A DNA stretch of 64,000 nucleotides from positions 1-64,000 of the forward strand of contig JBBIUY010000010.1 of the NCBI GenBank assembly GCA_037440005.1. Direction: 5' to 3'. The notes under the pieces are model-generated. The model ran no database searches and had not been told where the DNA came from. It saw only the letters and a program-made list of their open reading frames with translations. Shown here in pieces: positions 19,235 through 28,205 of the stretch. The DNA comes from Armatimonadota bacterium. GTDB lineage: Bacteria > Sysuimicrobiota > Sysuimicrobiia > Sysuimicrobiales > Kaftiobacteriaceae. The first letter of the stretch is position 1. The number at the start of each line of letters is the position of its first letter. The position numbers and the translations under genes were made by a program.

Positions 19235-21334
19235 CTACCGCTCGTACCTCGACGAGTTCCGGCCCATGACCCTCCACGCCACCCAGAGATCTTCGGACTG
19301 AGGCGCGCGTTCCATCCCCGCATGGATGACGTCCCTCGCCTCCTCCCGCCGCCCGTCTGCACTGAGGACCGCAGCCAGTTGCAGGTAGGCCGGTACCCAA
19401 TGCGGATCCCTCTCGATCAACTGCCGAAGGAGAGCGATCGCGCGCGGTCTGTCACCGTCCGCCGCTGCGAAGGCAGACGCATCCTGCAGGAACCCTGCCG
19501 CCTGCGGCCACAGGAAGACGTAGAACACGCCGGATGCCAACGCCCCATTCAGGTAGCGCTCGGCGTGGCGGTAGACGCTCGCGGCTTCCCCCCGGCGGTC
19601 CTCCGCAAGATACAGCCGGGCCAGCATTCGGTACGCCTCCGGCCTGTTCACCGGATCGAGGTTCACGCACCTCATCAGCAGGAGCTCCATCTCACGCCGA
19701 CGCCCGTCGGAGTCGGGCTGCGCGGCCAGCAGGTGCGCGAGGCGCAGCGGGTGCGCGGCGTTGGCCCGGTCGACATCCATGGCGGCACGCAGCAGACGCT
19801 CTGCCCGTTCCTGGTTCCCTGATCCCAGGCGGACCAGCCCGTCAGCCGCCCTGACACGGTACTCGGCGCTCAGTGGATTCCAGGCAACTGCCCTCAGGTA
19901 GGTCCGGGTCGCCTCCTCCCACCGGCCTTCCCTCTCCAGCCGGCGTCCTTCACCCGCCCATCGGTATGTTTCCCACAGTACCGCACTGGTCACGGCGGCG
20001 CACATTAGACCCACGACGGCCGATACCTTCGCCACGGCACCTGAAACCGCCCTTCGATGTCCCATCGATTTCGGCATACGAACCGGCGCGAGCACGGCTT
20101 CCGCACCCCCGGCAATCGCACTCGCGAGGGCCGGAGCGGCGGGAAACATCCAGTCCATCTCCACGCCGCTGTGCAGGAAGAAGGCCAGCAGGCCCATCCC
20201 CAGCCCGACCGAGAGCGGATACGCGTCAGAGTCCCGGAAGACGGCCAGATGCCGCCGCCACGTCCGGGCCACGGCGGCCACCAGAACCATCAGGACCAGC
20301 AGTCCCGGAAGGCCCAGTTCGGCCATGGTCTGCAGGTACAGGTTGTGCGCGTCTTTGGCGTAGTACCGCACGTCGCGCTGGTAGGCGGGGTGGACCGACC
20401 CGAACGTCCCGGCGCCGGTCCCCCGCAGCGGGTGGTCGGCGAAGATCTCCCAAGCGGCCCGCCAGAAGTGCAGCCGCCCCTGGATCGAGTAGTCGCCCGG
20501 GTCCGCCACCGACGCGGCCCGGGCGGCGATGGACGGGGTGGCGGATGTCGGGCCGCTGTGGGTCAGGAATACTACCGCGCCGACGATGGCCCCCGCTGTA
20601 ACCACGCCGCGCCAGGCGGCGGTCCGCCACGAGGGCGGCCGGAGCAGGACCGCCAGCACGGGCAGGACGGCCGCCAGCGCGAGCCAGGCGCCCCGGGAGT
20701 ACGTCAGCACGAAGGCGATACCCAGCAGAGTCGCCATGGCTCCGTGCGCGAGGGCCTCCCGCGCGGTGGGGGCCCGCAGGCAGCGCGCCAGTTCCAGAGG
20801 GAGCACCAGCAGCAGGAATCCGGCGAAGGGGTTGGGCCAGTAGAACGTCGAGTACCAGCGCATGCCGGGATTGCCGGCTCCCCAGAACATGAACAGGGCC
20901 ACCAGCACCAGCCAGCCGGCGACCGCCACGAGGGCGTCCGCCATGCGCCGGGCAGCCGCCGGAGTGCGGAGAGTTGACGACGTGATGGCGTAGATGCCCA
21001 GGTACATGGTCCACAAAAGAGCCTGGCGCACAGACGCCTCGGGACGCACCGACCACAGCGCGCTGAGACCAGTCAGCACGACCATGGCCAGCATCGCCCA
21101 GCCGACACTTCCCAGGCGGAGGCGGCCGGTCCAGACCAGAACCGCCAGGAGGGCATAGGTGGCGACCTGCGCCCAGGCCAGCGTTGCCGGGTCCCGCCCC
21201 CCGTCGCTGATGGCGAGCTTGAACAGGACGGCCACCACGACGACCGGGGCGAGCGCGTGCAGGTCCGCCCGCACCGCTGGCAGGGAGCGGATCCAGGAGA
21301 CCGGGTTGAAGCGGACCTGAGCGGTATCTGACAC
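19235..21334 (-). CDS. O-antigen ligase / O-oligosaccharyltransferase-like protein with C-terminal TPRs
   Basis: TFYWPN, TYSRGAW, HPLRGTGAGTF and DAHNLYLQ (Wzy_C-like); TPR-like C-terminus. Confidence 0.85.
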   Translation of the reverse strand: MSDTAQVRFNPVSWIRSLPAVRADLHALAPVVVVAVLFKLAISDGGRDPATLAWAQVATYALLAVLVWTGRLRLGSVGWAMLAMVVLTGLSALWSVRPEASVRQALLWTMYLGIYAITSSTLRTPAAARRMADALVAVAGWLVLVALFMFWGAGNPGMRWYSTFYWPNPFAGFLLLVLPLELARCLRAPTAREALAHGAMATLLGIAFVLTYSRGAWLALAAVLPVLAVLLRPPSWRTAAWRGVVTAGAIVGAVVFLTHSGPTSATPSIAARAASVADPGDYSIQGRLHFWRAAWEIFADHPLRGTGAGTFGSVHPAYQRDVRYYAKDAHNLYLQTMAELGLPGLLVLMVLVAAVARTWRRHLAVFRDSDAYPLSVGLGMGLLAFFLHSGVEMDWMFPAAPALASAIAGGAEAVLAPVRMPKSMGHRRAVSGAVAKVSAVVGLMCAAVTSAVLWETYRWAGEGRRLEREGRWEEATRTYLRAVAWNPLSAEYRVRAADGLVRLGSGNQERAERLLRAAMDVDRANAAHPLRLAHLLAAQPDSDGRRREMELLLMRCVNLDPVNRPEAYRMLARLYLAEDRRGEAASVYRHAERYLNGALASGVFYVFLWPQAAGFLQDASAFAAADGDRPRAIALLRQLIERDPHWVPAYLQLAAVLSADGRREEARDVIHAGMERAPQSEDLWVAWRVMGRNSSRYER

Positions 21335-21343
21335 CTGCGGTCA

Positions 21344-21660
21344 CCCTCACCCTACCCTCTCCCTCAAGGGAGAGGGAGAATGATGTGCGATCCTCTCCCT
21401 CGACGGAGAGGGCAATGATGTGCGGTCCTCTCCCTTGAGGGAGAGGGAAACGACGTGCGTCCCTCCGCCTCGAGGGAGAGGGATATCAGGTGCTCACCCC
21501 CTCTGAGAAAGAGGAAAACGAAGTGCGCCTCCCTCGCGGCTTTCTCCCTCAAGTGGGGAGAAATGAAGCGCGATCATCATCAACCCTCGCCCCAAGGAAG
21601 ACGACAATGAAGCGCCACCCTCCTCACGGCCCCCTCCCTCGAAAAGGAGGAGGCACCAAG
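21344..21660. repeat. REP-like hairpin array with ~35-bp period, degenerating rightwards
   Basis: CCTCTCCC-N3/4-GGGAGAGGG followed by a semi-conserved AATGATGTGCG linker; at least 5 units. Confidence 0.85.
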
Positions 21661-21907
21661 TCCCACCCTGACCTTCGTCCTCGAAGGACGTGCGGGGCTA
21701 CAGTAGACTATGCCCGAAACCACGGCACCTCTAGTTCGCCCGGGTCCCGGTGTTGCAGCGCCCTGCGTTTCCTCCCCAACACGCGAGGCCCCTTGCCGCG
21801 ACGTCGAGGGCAACGCAATGACGGGTAGACCCTCAGGTCCACGCAGACCTACCATGATGCCGCACGGGCATGGTATCGTGGAGGCGGCGGGAGGGCAGGA
21901 GGCCGGG

Positions 21908-22137
21908 ATGGGAGTGGATACCACCGAGGCGCGTCTTGCCAGGCTGGCGGGGGCGTACGACCAGATCAGTGCGCGGCTGGGAGGCGTGGAGCAACGCCTC
22001 CACCAGCTCGACGAGAGCTGGAAGCGCGATTTGGCCGCCTGGACGACAAGATGGACCGGCAGTTCTCCTGGCTGCTGGGCCTGCTTGTGATCTCCATCCT
22101 GCTTCCCCTCGCCGTGCGCTTCCCGCTAGGCCCGTAG
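21908..22137 (+). pseudogene. Small coiled-coil + C-terminal TM protein with an apparent 1-nt frameshift near 22016
   Basis: MGVDTTEARLARLAGAYDQISARLGGVEQRLHQLDE continues in the -1 frame as LEARFGRLDDKMDRQFSWLLGLLVISILLPLAVRFPLGP*. Confidence 0.6.
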
Positions 22138-22169
22138 GTCCTCCCCCACCAGCAGAGAGGGCCCCTTTC

Positions 22170-23522
22170 CTACGCCGCGCTCCCGCGTTCCCGCGCTTCC
22201 GCGTTCACGCTTTTGTCGGCCTCCCACCCGCATGCCGCTCCCGCGAGCAGCCAGACGACGGGACTGAAGGCCACCGTGCTGAAGGAGAACTGCGCCTGCA
22301 CGAGATACGCCACGACCGCTCCCAGCCAGGCCGCCGCGAGGGCGCGGTCTGCCTTAGGCGTTGCCCGCGCCAGCCGCATAGCGCTGCGGACGACCAGGGC
22401 CCAGAACGTCAGGTAGGCGAGGGCCCCGGGGATTCCCACGGAGACGGCCACCTGGAGCAGGTCGTTGTGGGCCCGGTCGACGATGACAGGTCGCGGTCCG
22501 AACAGCGGGACCATCGTGGCCCGGTCGTAGGGAAACGCCTTCCCGAGAGTCTCCAGGCCCCAGCCCAGCCAGGGCCTCTGCTGGATCACATGGACGGTCT
22601 GTCTCCAGATGTACAGGCGCTGGGCGACGGATCCGGCGGACACGTCCACGGAGGAGGCGACGCGACCTGCAACCTGCCGGGGCGAGGCCACGAGCGCCAC
22701 GCCGCCGACCGCGAGGACGGCTGAGACCGCAACAGCGGCGGCAAGCCCGCTGTACCGGCGCAGGGCCTGCCGGCCGCCAGCTCCCGCCGCGGCGGCCAGA
22801 CCCACGACCGCGGCCAGCCAGGCGGCCCGGGTCAGGGTGAGCGCGAGGGCGACCACGGCCGGAACCGCCGCGGCCCACCACAGCAGTCGGGTGCGCGCTC
22901 TCACGGCGCCCACAGCCAGCAGGAGCGGGATCGTCGTGGCCAGGTACCCTCCGAAGACGACAGGGCCCCCGACGGTGGACACCAGGCGGGGAGCGCCCAG
23001 CCCTCCGTACCACGCGCGCATGAACGCCTCGCCGGCAAACAGCGGAGGCACGATCAGCTGGAGCAGTCCGTAGAGGGCCACGACCCCGGCTGTCGCGCCT
23101 GCGGCGGTGGCGAGGGACATCATCCCCGGCCGGCTCCCGAAAAAGTGAACCCCCACGAAGAACAGCGCGACGTAGGCCGCTACGGTCACCAGACCTTCGT
23201 GGCGGATGGGCGCCCCCAGCAGCGACAGCCGCACGTCCACCGACGTGGCGGTAGAGAGCAGCGCTGCAAGGACAAAAATCCATAGCGGGAGTTCCGGCGC
23301 GGTGAAGATCCACCTGGGCCGTCCTTCAACCCGACGGAGACCCGCCCATCCCGCCAGGGCCAGGGCGGCCAGGACGACGGTCGCCCGGGCCTTGGGCAGG
23401 GTGTAGGCGTCCGCGCCCTCCGCCCACGGACTCACCACCAGTGGCACGCCCACGGCCACGGCCAGGGACGCGATCCGGGTGAGGGCGTGCAGCGCCTCGG
23501 CGAGACTATGGCGAGAGCGCAT
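22170..23522 (-). CDS. O-antigen ligase / pilin oligosaccharyltransferase-like protein
   Basis: STVGGP, TLTRAAW, RPWLGWG, DRAHNDLLQ, QAQFSFS. Confidence 0.87.
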   Translation of the reverse strand: MRSRHSLAEALHALTRIASLAVAVGVPLVVSPWAEGADAYTLPKARATVVLAALALAGWAGLRRVEGRPRWIFTAPELPLWIFVLAALLSTATSVDVRLSLLGAPIRHEGLVTVAAYVALFFVGVHFFGSRPGMMSLATAAGATAGVVALYGLLQLIVPPLFAGEAFMRAWYGGLGAPRLVSTVGGPVVFGGYLATTIPLLLAVGAVRARTRLLWWAAAVPAVVALALTLTRAAWLAAVVGLAAAAGAGGRQALRRYSGLAAAVAVSAVLAVGGVALVASPRQVAGRVASSVDVSAGSVAQRLYIWRQTVHVIQQRPWLGWGLETLGKAFPYDRATMVPLFGPRPVIVDRAHNDLLQVAVSVGIPGALAYLTFWALVVRSAMRLARATPKADRALAAAWLGAVVAYLVQAQFSFSTVAFSPVVWLLAGAACGWEADKSVNAEARERGSAA

Positions 23523-24117
23523 CGATCTTCTCCAGCTGGTCGCGGGCCGGTTGGAAGCCGGGGTTGAGGGTCAAGGCCCGCCGCCAGGCATCCGCGGCGC
23601 ATGGGCGGTCGCCCATCCGGGCGCACGCGTGTCCGAGCAGGTGGTAGGCGAGCCAGTCCGCAGGGTCCAGGGCGACGGCCTCCCGGAGGTCGCGCACGGC
23701 GTGGGGGAACATCCCTGCGCGCAGTTCCACCAGCCCCACCTGCCGGTGCAGCTCGGCGGAATAGGTGTGCGGGTACTCCGCCATCAGTCGGCGGTAGGCG
23801 CGAATGGACTCCACGTAATTCCCCCGCCGGAACTCCACCTCGCCCAGGGCCGCATAGGCCGCCGTGGCGCGCGGTGAGATGGCCAGGGCCTGACGCAGCA
23901 CGTGCGCCGCCTCGTCGTACCGGCGCTCCTGCCGAAGACCCGCCGCCCGGGCGAGCAGAGCCGCCACGGTCCTGTCCTGACGGATCTCGCGGACGACGTC
24001 CGCGGTTCGTGCGGCGACGGGAAGAGTCGCCAGCAGACAGGCGGCAACCAGCCACGCCCGCGCCCTCCGAAGGTCAACCGGCATGGCCGCAGCAGCCGAA
24101 CGGGGCCAGAAAGCCAT
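23506..24117 (-). CDS. Exported TPR protein (start 24117 or 24084)
   Basis: Signal-like hydrophobic segment followed by about 4 TPR motifs; overlaps the ligase start. Confidence 0.75.
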   Translation of the reverse strand: MAFWPRSAAAAMPVDLRRARAWLVAACLLATLPVAARTADVVREIRQDRTVAALLARAAGLRQERRYDEAAHVLRQALAISPRATAAYAALGEVEFRRGNYVESIRAYRRLMAEYPHTYSAELHRQVGLVELRAGMFPHAVRDLREAVALDPADWLAYHLLGHACARMGDRPCAADAWRRALTLNPGFQPARDQLEKIDALSP

Positions 24118-24129
24118 CTTTACAAGATG

Positions 24130-24172
24130 GAGGGTGCGGCCGGCGAGAAACCCCCGCGCCGGCCGCACCCTC
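24130..24172 (-). terminator. 16-bp perfect hairpin after the major pilin (terminator/stabiliser)
   Basis: GAGGGTGCGGCCGGCG / CGCCGGCCGCACCCTC; weak U-tract. Confidence 0.6.
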
Positions 24173-24196
24173 GGAAAGTCAAACGGCGATCTCGCG

Positions 24197-24649
24197 TTAC
24201 GGCGTGTTCTCCAGACCGCCACCAGGCGTGTACTGGATGTTGAAGCCACCGTTGGCGTCAAAGCAGGGGTCGCCTGTTCCGCCGTTGACCCAGTTGGTCC
24301 GCAGCACGTAGTCAGTTGCCGGAGTGCCAATCGCTGTGTACGTGTACCCAGGAGCGGAACCGAACGCCACCCCCGTGCAGGGGTCCTTGGGCAATGCACG
24401 CGTGTAGTTGGGCTGCAGGTCACTGGCGTTCGCCGGGTACGCCGCGAAGTCTACGAAGTAGCTCTCCAGAGCTGTGGCCACGTTCTTGAGGTTGCCCTTG
24501 CTGGCCGCCACCTGGGACTGGGCGCGCGCCCGCAGGAAGTTCGGGATCAGGATCGCCGCCAGAATCGCGATGATCGCCACGACGATCAGCAGCTCGATGA
24601 GCGTGAAGCCGCGCTCGCCGCGGAGCCTGCGTGCGAAGAACTGCAGCAT
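24197..24649 (-). CDS. pilA: Probable major type IV pilin
   Basis: ERG|FTLIELLIVVAIIAILAAILIPNF, two C-terminal Cys, strong AAGGAGG SD, own promoter and 3' hairpin. Confidence 0.85.
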   Translation of the reverse strand: MLQFFARRLRGERGFTLIELLIVVAIIAILAAILIPNFLRARAQSQVAASKGNLKNVATALESYFVDFAAYPANASDLQPNYTRALPKDPCTGVAFGSAPGYTYTAIGTPATDYVLRTNWVNGGTGDPCFDANGGFNIQYTPGGGLENTP

Positions 24650-24770
24650 GGTCGTGTTGTCCTCCTTCTGTCCGTCTAGGGTGAAACCGTCGGCCCGGCG
24701 CCGGACCCCCGTCGCACCGGACCCCTTCGGGACCCGGGCACCCAGGCCAGGTTTCTCTACACTCTCAGGG

Positions 24771-24796
24771 ATACCCGTCCTCCGACCCCCTTAGAC
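24771..24796 (-). promoter_or_regulatory. Putative SigB/F-type promoter (AG)GTCTAA-N14-GGGTAT
   Basis: Close to the B. subtilis SigB consensus GTTTAA-N12-14-GGGTAT; upstream of the major pilin. Confidence 0.72.
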
Positions 24797-24825
24797 CTCC
24801 CCGCCTGAGCTATTCGGGGGTGGCC

Positions 24826-25248
24826 CTACGGGGTCGGAACAGACGTCACCCCCACCTGCAGGCCTCCGGTGACGGTGTAGACGATGTACCCGCCTGTGCC
24901 TGCCTGGATGTACTTGTCCGGCCCGTCCCACAGGACAAACCGCGTCCGCGCCGCGTCGGTGGCGTAGCCGTAGGGGGCCCGGTCCACGGGGGAGGAGGGG
25001 ACCGTCCGGATGTAGCCGCCCGACTCCAGGTCGGACTCCCACGACGCCGCCGGCGGGTAGGCCTGGTTTTCCCAGTGGTACATCTCCAATGCCATGGCGA
25101 TGTGGTGGAAGTCCAGCTGGGCCGCCGCCAGCTGGCTGCTGGCCCGGGCCCGGATGAAGTTGGGGATCAGGATGGCCGCAATGACGCCCAGAATGGCGAT
25201 GGCCACCAGCAGCTCGATCATGGTGAAGCCGGCCTGCCTGCGCCTCAT
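24826..25248 (-). CDS. Second type IV pilin (paralog of 24197-24649)
   Basis: QAG|FTMIELLVAIAILGVIAAILIPNFIRARA. Confidence 0.88.
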   Translation of the reverse strand: MRRRQAGFTMIELLVAIAILGVIAAILIPNFIRARASSQLAAAQLDFHHIAMALEMYHWENQAYPPAASWESDLESGGYIRTVPSSPVDRAPYGYATDAARTRFVLWDGPDKYIQAGTGGYIVYTVTGGLQVGVTSVPTP

Positions 25249-25319
25249 CTTCCCATGGACCTTCCACCGGCCTGATATGGGACCCCGGGGCGACCGCCGC
25301 CGATCCCGTCACCGGCCTT

Positions 25320-25345
25320 ATGCCCCCCTCCCCACCCCCCTAGGC
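25320..25345 (-). promoter_or_regulatory. Putative SigB/F-type promoter GCCTAG-N14-GGGCAT
   Basis: Shared motif upstream of the second pilin. Confidence 0.65.
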
Positions 25346-25440
25346 CGAGGGTCTGGTGCACACCTGTTCGGGGGTAAGACCAGCGGGGGCAGGAAACCGC
25401 CCGGCCGGGGGGAAACCCTTTCTGCCAAGGGAGCGTGACA

Positions 25441-26187
25441 ATGCGACCAGCCGCCGCCGCAGTCCTTGCTGCTATCGTCGTTCTCGCCACGTCCCCCGCC
25501 CCGGGTCAGGAACCCGCCCAGCCCCAGCCGGCCCCCCAGCCCCAACCCGCCCCCGCTCCGCCCGCCCCCGCCCCGCCGGCCCGCCCGTCTGTCCGGCAGA
25601 TCGTCCCGGGCCAGGCCCTGGCCGGGATCATCCTGGGCCAGCGGATTCAGTTGATCCTGGCCCGCTTCGGCCGGCCGTCGGTGGTGAGGGAGACCCTGGT
25701 GGACTCGGTCTACGCCTTCAGCCGCTGGGGGATCGCCGTCTACGTCAAGGACGGCGTCGTCACCGCCGCGTCCACCTCCAACAGCCTGCTGAAGATCAGC
25801 GAGGACCTGGGGGTGGGCTACCGGGTCGAGGACGTCATCCGCATGTTCGGCCGCGGCTTCCGGGAGGGCACCGTGGAGGGCTTCCCGGGGCTGGTGTACG
25901 ACGACCGGGGCGTGGCGTTCGGGCTGGACCGCCAGGCGGTGGCGGTGGTCATCGTCTTCCGGCCGCGGACCGCCGCCCAGGTGTCGGGTCTGCTGCCCGG
26001 CGGAGCGGCCCCGCCCCCGGTGGCCAGCTTCCCCCACGTGGCCAACTTGCGCCCCTACAGCGTGGAGACCAACTACTTCTCCCTGCCGGGCTACCTGCGC
26101 TGGGTGGTGTACCACGCCGCGGGCATCTGGATCACCTTCGGCGAGGCGGCGCGGGTCGTGGAGGAGCAGAGAGGCGAGGCCCGCTGA
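25441..26187 (+). CDS. Exported hypothetical protein
   Basis: Signal peptide, Pro/Gln-rich linker, IVPGQALAGIILG-type beta domain. Confidence 0.7.
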   Translation: MRPAAAAVLAAIVVLATSPAPGQEPAQPQPAPQPQPAPAPPAPAPPARPSVRQIVPGQALAGIILGQRIQLILARFGRPSVVRETLVDSVYAFSRWGIAVYVKDGVVTAASTSNSLLKISEDLGVGYRVEDVIRMFGRGFREGTVEGFPGLVYDDRGVAFGLDRQAVAVVIVFRPRTAAQVSGLLPGGAAPPPVASFPHVANLRPYSVETNYFSLPGYLRWVVYHAAGIWITFGEAARVVEEQRGEAR

Positions 26188-26680
26188 ATACCGGCAGCGC
26201 GGAAGCGCGCGGTCGGGCAGTCGCGCGGTCGCGCGGGCGGGCAGTCGCGTGCGTGCGCGCCCCGCTGGCGAGCACGAGTCTCGCCGACGCTCGTCGGATG
26301 CTGTTCAGCGGGTGCCTGGCGCGTTGCTCCAGCGACGTCATCAGGAAATGAATCATCTTCCCCATGCGGTCATATCCGGCCGTGAGATCCTCGCAGGCAT
26401 CCGGATTGAGGTAACCCAGATCCCGGGCAAGCCGCAGGTAGTAGCGGACCTCAAAGGCCGACCCTCGTGCAATGCTGCAATAACGTATGTACTCCCGGGT
26501 GGTCGCGCGACCGCATCCTTCCGCAAGGTTGGCGGGAATTGACACGGCGGCCCGCCGAAGCTGGGCGGTCAACCCGAACTGTTCCCGGACAGGGAAATTC
26601 TCCGTCTGACGGTAGACCCGCAACGCCATCTCGTGCGCCAGCCGCCAGACATCCAGCGACTCGAACGGAGGACGCCCCAC
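26132..26680 (-). CDS. Four-helix-bundle protein (TIGR02436 / 23S rRNA IVP-like) with C-terminal read-through into repeats
   Basis: FESLDVW..FPVREQFGLTAQLRRAAVSIPANLAEGCGR..IARGSAFE signature. Confidence 0.9.
   Translation of the reverse strand: MGRPPFESLDVWRLAHEMALRVYRQTENFPVREQFGLTAQLRRAAVSIPANLAEGCGRATTREYIRYCSIARGSAFEVRYYLRLARDLGYLNPDACEDLTAGYDRMGKMIHFLMTSLEQRARHPLNSIRRASARLVLASGARTHATARPRDRATARPRASALPVFSGPRLSAPPRPAPPRRR
26191..26260. repeat. 8-mer tandem array (GCGCGGTC/GGGCAGTC) downstream of the four-helix-bundle core
   Basis: Read directly; inverted relative to 26784-26807. Confidence 0.85.
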
Positions 26681-26783
26681 GAGACTCCCCGGTACCGACT
26701 ACGCAGGGATTCTACGCCCGGATGCCTCGCCAGCGCCATAGCCCGATCGAGCCATTCCTGTGACCGTACCCACACGTTGACGC

Positions 26784-26990
26784 GACCGCGCGACCGCCAG
26801 ACCGCCAACGATGTCCCCGATCCGCGTTTCCCGGGCTTCCGTGTTTCGCGGGCAACCGCCCCCTCACCCTCGCCCTCTCCCCCTTCAACTGCGTTGAAGG
26901 TTGAAGGTTGAACCCCCCTCACCCTCGCCCTCTCCCCCCAACGGGGGAGGGGGAAGGGGTAGGGGGGTGTCGCGTTCCCGCGTTCCCGCG
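26784..26990. repeat. Composite of 8-mers (GACCGCGC, CGCGTTCC), 7-mers (GTTGAAG) and a duplicated REP-like unit
   Basis: Read directly between the four-helix-bundle gene and the pilC stop. Confidence 0.85.
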
Positions 26991-26992
26991 AG

Positions 26993-28204
26993 TTACCGCA
27001 GCCCGGTAATCAGCTGGTACAGCGGCATGTAGAAGCTCAGCACGATGAAGCCCACCACGAAGCCCAGGAAGACAATCAGTATGGGCTCCAGGATCGAGGT
27101 GAGCTGGGCCAGGGTCGTCTCCACCTCGGCGTCGTAGAAGTCGGCCACCTTCTGCAGCATGGTGTCCAGGGTGCCGGTCTCCTCGCCCACCGACGTCATC
27201 TGCACCACCATGGGCGGGAACAGGCCGCTGGCCTGCAAGGGCAGGGCGATGGACTCGCCCTCCCGGATGCTGTTGCGCACGTTCTCGATGGCCTGGGCCA
27301 CCACCGTATTCTCCACCGCCTTGGCCACCACGTCCAGGGCCTGCATGATGGGCACGCCGCTGGTGATCAGGGTGCCCAGGGTGCGGGTGAACCGGCTAAT
27401 GGTGACCTTGCGCACCAGGGGCCCGAACACCGGCACCCGCAGCTTGAACCGGTCGAACCGGAACCGGCCGATGGGCGTGCTGATGTACATGCGCAGGCCG
27501 TACAGCCCCAGCAGGATGAACCCCAGGAACACGTACCAGTAGCCGGTGAGGGTTTTGGTGAACCAGATCAGCACGCGGGTGGGCAGCGGCAGCGTCAGCT
27601 CCAGCCCCTCGAAGAAGCCGATGAACTGGGGCAGGATGAAGAACACCAGGAAGAAGATGACCGCCAGGGCGAAGGCAAAAATCGCCGCCGGGTAGGTCAC
27701 CGCCGCCCGCACCTTCTGGCGCAGGGCCAGGTCCTTCTCAAAGAAGACCGCCAGGCGGTTGAGGACCTCGTCGAGCACGCCGCCCACCTCGCCGGCCCGC
27801 ACCATGTTCACCGTGAGGGTGCTGAAGGTGTCCGGGTGCTTGGCCAGGGCGTCGGAGAGGGTCATGCCCTCCTCCACGTCCTTGCGCACCTCGCTGACGA
27901 TCTGGCGCAGTTTGTGGCTTTCGGTCTGCTGCTCCAGGATGGTGAGGGTGCGGACCATGGACAGCCCGGCGTTGACCATGGTGGCGAACTGCCGGGTGAA
28001 GACGGTCAGCTCCCGCAGCCCGACCCGGCGCAGACGCCGCAACCCGGCCCGCAGGTCGGCCCGGGGGGCCGCCCGCTCCAGGCTGGTGACGTAAAAGCCC
28101 ATCTCCTGCAGTTTGCCGACCACCGCCACCTCGGTGTCGGCCTCGATGGCGCCGGCGACCACGCGTCCGGTGGCGTCTCGCGCGCTGTAGCGGAAGGTTG
28201 CCAT
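26993..28204 (-). CDS. pilC: Type IV pilus platform protein PilC
   Basis: MATFRYSARD, FTRQFATMVNAG, AGEVGGVL, GEETGTLD, LEPILIV. Confidence 0.96.
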   Translation of the reverse strand: MATFRYSARDATGRVVAGAIEADTEVAVVGKLQEMGFYVTSLERAAPRADLRAGLRRLRRVGLRELTVFTRQFATMVNAGLSMVRTLTILEQQTESHKLRQIVSEVRKDVEEGMTLSDALAKHPDTFSTLTVNMVRAGEVGGVLDEVLNRLAVFFEKDLALRQKVRAAVTYPAAIFAFALAVIFFLVFFILPQFIGFFEGLELTLPLPTRVLIWFTKTLTGYWYVFLGFILLGLYGLRMYISTPIGRFRFDRFKLRVPVFGPLVRKVTISRFTRTLGTLITSGVPIMQALDVVAKAVENTVVAQAIENVRNSIREGESIALPLQASGLFPPMVVQMTSVGEETGTLDTMLQKVADFYDAEVETTLAQLTSILEPILIVFLGFVVGFIVLSFYMPLYQLITGLR

Positions 28205-28205
28205 A

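Noticed and set aside
21344..21660. CRISPR array
   Set aside because: Linkers are ~14 nt and similar to each other, repeats are degenerate, and there are no cas genes; fits REP-like repeats.
24650..24770. c-di-GMP riboswitch in the pilin leader
   Set aside because: Lacks the class I GGCAAA/CGCAAAG motifs and recognisable class II motifs.
26132..26680. Diversity-generating retroelement (Avd) or rRNA intervening sequence
   Set aside because: No reverse transcriptase, no TR/VR pair with adenine-specific mismatches and no rRNA gene in the window.
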